Part shown: positions 62,000 through 64,000 of the stretch, in pieces
How positions within the stretch are numbered: the first letter of the stretch is position 1
Layout of the letters: the number at the start of each line of letters is the position of its first letter
NCBI GenBank assembly: GCA_963695555.1
Contig: CAVOGR010000002.1
Location: 320,001 to 384,000, forward strand
Reading direction: 5' to 3'
Source: an uncultured Gemmatimonadales bacterium
GTDB taxonomy: Bacteria > Gemmatimonadota > Gemmatimonadetes > Gemmatimonadales > GWC2-71-9
DNA length: 64,000 nucleotides
Notes under the pieces: model-generated
What the model saw: the letters and a program-made list of their open reading frames with translations, nothing else
Database searches by the model: none
Told to the model about the DNA's origin: nothing
Translations under genes and position numbers: made by a program

Positions 62000-63465
62000 T
62001 GTACCGTGTCTTGGCACTCCTTGGCATCGCGACCATTGGAGTGCTTCATCCGTCCCACGCCCAAGTCGTCGATCGCACGACACCGCCGCAGTTGTCACCG
62101 CCGCCCGCCTTGCGCTTGCCTCCGATCGAAGCGGCCTCGCTGCCCAACGGCTTGACCCTCTACGTGGTGGAGATGCGAGAGGTCCCCGTCGTCCAGTTCA
62201 GCCTCGCCGTTCCCGGCGGTGGGCGACAGGACGGCGCACGGCCCGGGTTGGCATCGTTTACCGCAGATCTGCTCGACGAAGGTGCGGACACACTCGATGC
62301 GTTCGGGATCGCGGCCCTCACCGAGTACTATGGCGCCGACCTGAACACCTATGCGGATTGGGATGCGATGGTGGTGAACCTGAAGGTGCCCTACCGCAAC
62401 CTCGATTCTGCGCTAGCCCTCATGGCAACGGTTGCCTTACGCCCCTCGTTTCGCAACATCGATGTCGCCAGGCAGCGCGACCTCCGGCTCGCCAGGATCT
62501 TGCAGCAACGTGATCGCCCGGAAAGCGTCGCCGGGCTGGCATTCAACGCGCTCGTCTTCCCCGAGGGACACCCATACCATGCAAGCCTGACCGGGGACAG
62601 TCTCTCGACGGTCGGTTTGGACTCGACGGTCGTCCGCCAGGCCTACGGTCAAGTCTTCTGCCCCAACTCAGCTACGCTCGTCGTGACGGGCAGCATCTCC
62701 GTGGCAGAGGCCATGCAAGCAACTCGGGATCATTTCGGAACCTGGCAGCGATGCCCCACCTCGGCCGTCACCAAGGCGGCCCCCGCACAGCACGACCTGA
62801 CGTCCCCCGTAAACCTCTCGATAGACCGCACGCGGGTGTTCCTCGTCGACAAGCCGGGCGCCGCCCAGTCGGTGATCCGCATTGGTGGGCCCGGCATTTC
62901 CCGCCACAATGCCGACTACATCGTCATCGAGGTCATGAATACGATCCTGGGTGGCTCGTTCTCGTCGCGGCTCAACTCCAACTTGCGCGAAACGAAGGGC
63001 TACACCTACGGTGCGTGGTCGGGCTTCGCCTATCGACCCCTCCCCGGGCCCTTCACCGCAGGCGCATCCGTGCGAACCGACGTGACCGATAGTGCCCTCG
63101 TGGAGTTCTTTCGTGAGATTCGCACGATTCGAGATAGCGCCGTGAGCCAGACGGAGCTGGATCGCGCCAAGGCCTATCTCGCCTTGGGGTTGGCGGGAGA
63201 GTTCGAGACCACATCCCAGATGGCGGGTAAGGTGATGGAGTTGCTCACCTTCGGGCTTCCGCTATCGTATTACGACGACTACGTGCAGCGGGTCATGGCC
63301 GTGACGACAGCAGACGTGCAGCGCGTCGCTCGCACATACCTCGAGCCGGACCGGACGGTCGTCGTGATCGTCGGCGACCTGGCCAGCATTCGGGCCTCCG
63401 TGGACGCGCTTGGCTTGGGGGCGTCGAGCATCCGAGACATCTCCGGACACCCCGCCGCGAACTAG
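61996..63465 (+). CDS. M16 family peptidase, non-catalytic partner subunit
   Basis: No HxxEH; LGGSFSSRLNSNLRETKGYTYG (R/Y motif); signal peptide. Confidence 0.88.
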   Translation: MMYRVLALLGIATIGVLHPSHAQVVDRTTPPQLSPPPALRLPPIEAASLPNGLTLYVVEMREVPVVQFSLAVPGGGRQDGARPGLASFTADLLDEGADTLDAFGIAALTEYYGADLNTYADWDAMVVNLKVPYRNLDSALALMATVALRPSFRNIDVARQRDLRLARILQQRDRPESVAGLAFNALVFPEGHPYHASLTGDSLSTVGLDSTVVRQAYGQVFCPNSATLVVTGSISVAEAMQATRDHFGTWQRCPTSAVTKAAPAQHDLTSPVNLSIDRTRVFLVDKPGAAQSVIRIGGPGISRHNADYIVIEVMNTILGGSFSSRLNSNLRETKGYTYGAWSGFAYRPLPGPFTAGASVRTDVTDSALVEFFREIRTIRDSAVSQTELDRAKAYLALGLAGEFETTSQMAGKVMELLTFGLPLSYYDDYVQRVMAVTTADVQRVARTYLEPDRTVVVIVGDLASIRASVDALGLGASSIRDISGHPAAN

Positions 63466-63493
63466 CCCGGACTCACTGCTCGCCGCGCTCGCT

Positions 63494-64000
63494 ATGGCCT
63501 TCCTATCCAGCCACCGCATCTACAGCGGGCGCGTGATTAACCTCGATCTCGATGAGGTCGAGCTTCCGAACGGGGCGCGCGCAAGCCTCGAGATGATCCG
63601 GCACAGCGGCGCCGCTGCGGTTGTGCCGTTCTTGGACCCGCCAACGGCACCAGACCCCCGGGTTGTTCTCATCCGCCAATACCGACACGCCGCCAACACC
63701 TATCTCTACGAGATTCCGGCCGGCCGACTGGACGGCGGTGAATCGCCCGAGCGCTGTGCCCGGCGCGAACTTCAAGAGGAAACCGGGTACGCGGCGGACC
63801 AGGTGGTGCCGCTGCTCACCATTTACACCACGCCCGGATTCACCGACGAGCAAATCCACCTGTTCTGGGCTCAGGGCCTCCAGGCCGGTTCACCCGCGCG
63901 AGAGCCCGACGAATTGATCGAGCCCGCCGTGCTCCGCTGGTCGGCCCTCTGGCGACGATTGGGCCGTGGAGAGATCGCGGATGCCAAGACGTTGACGGCG
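63494..64000 (+). CDS. NUDIX hydrolase (ADP-ribose pyrophosphatase-like), truncated by the window end
   Basis: Hand translation: IRQYRH..YEIPAGRLDGGESPERCARRELQEETGY Nudix box, YTTPGFTDE; absent from the ORF track. Confidence 0.9.
   Translation, partial: MAFLSSHRIYSGRVINLDLDEVELPNGARASLEMIRHSGAAAVVPFLDPPTAPDPRVVLIRQYRHAANTYLYEIPAGRLDGGESPERCARRELQEETGYAADQVVPLLTIYTTPGFTDEQIHLFWAQGLQAGSPAREPDELIEPAVLRWSALWRRLGRGEIADAKTLTA

Overview
GC-rich bacterial chromosome segment. The gene content and style suggest Gemmatimonadota, which is my inference and was not tested. About 50 CDSs are mostly housekeeping, envelope or transport genes (glf, ogt, lepB, bcp, hslR, thiC with a TPP riboswitch, an SahR-type regulator with ahcY, upp, an M16 peptidase pair, tRNA-Phe). 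No mobile elements, integrases or CRISPR arrays were found. The most notable locus is a compact lasso-peptide-type RiPP cluster at 29153-33460. It comprises an asparagine-synthetase-like macrolactam cyclase, a 62-aa precursor (leader MYAKPVLERFGTFRDLTQ; unusual 44-aa core starting with Met, with Asp9 and two Cys) with its own promoter and downstream hairpins, and an ABC-2 exporter. No B1/B2 maturation genes are present in the window. Other points of interest: a persulfide-dioxygenase/ArsR/RND-efflux/PII module with a shared 18-bp operator, a sigma54-type hsp20 promoter with repeated upstream sites, a 53-aa membrane ORF missed by the ORF track, a cupredoxin lacking the axial Met, a CxxxCH cytochrome c, a zincin plus ATP-grasp gene pair, and HEAT/HD-GYP proteins sharing an N-terminal YPxGHP domain. 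Several single-base frameshifts look like sequencing or assembly indels, so fine details need confirmation.
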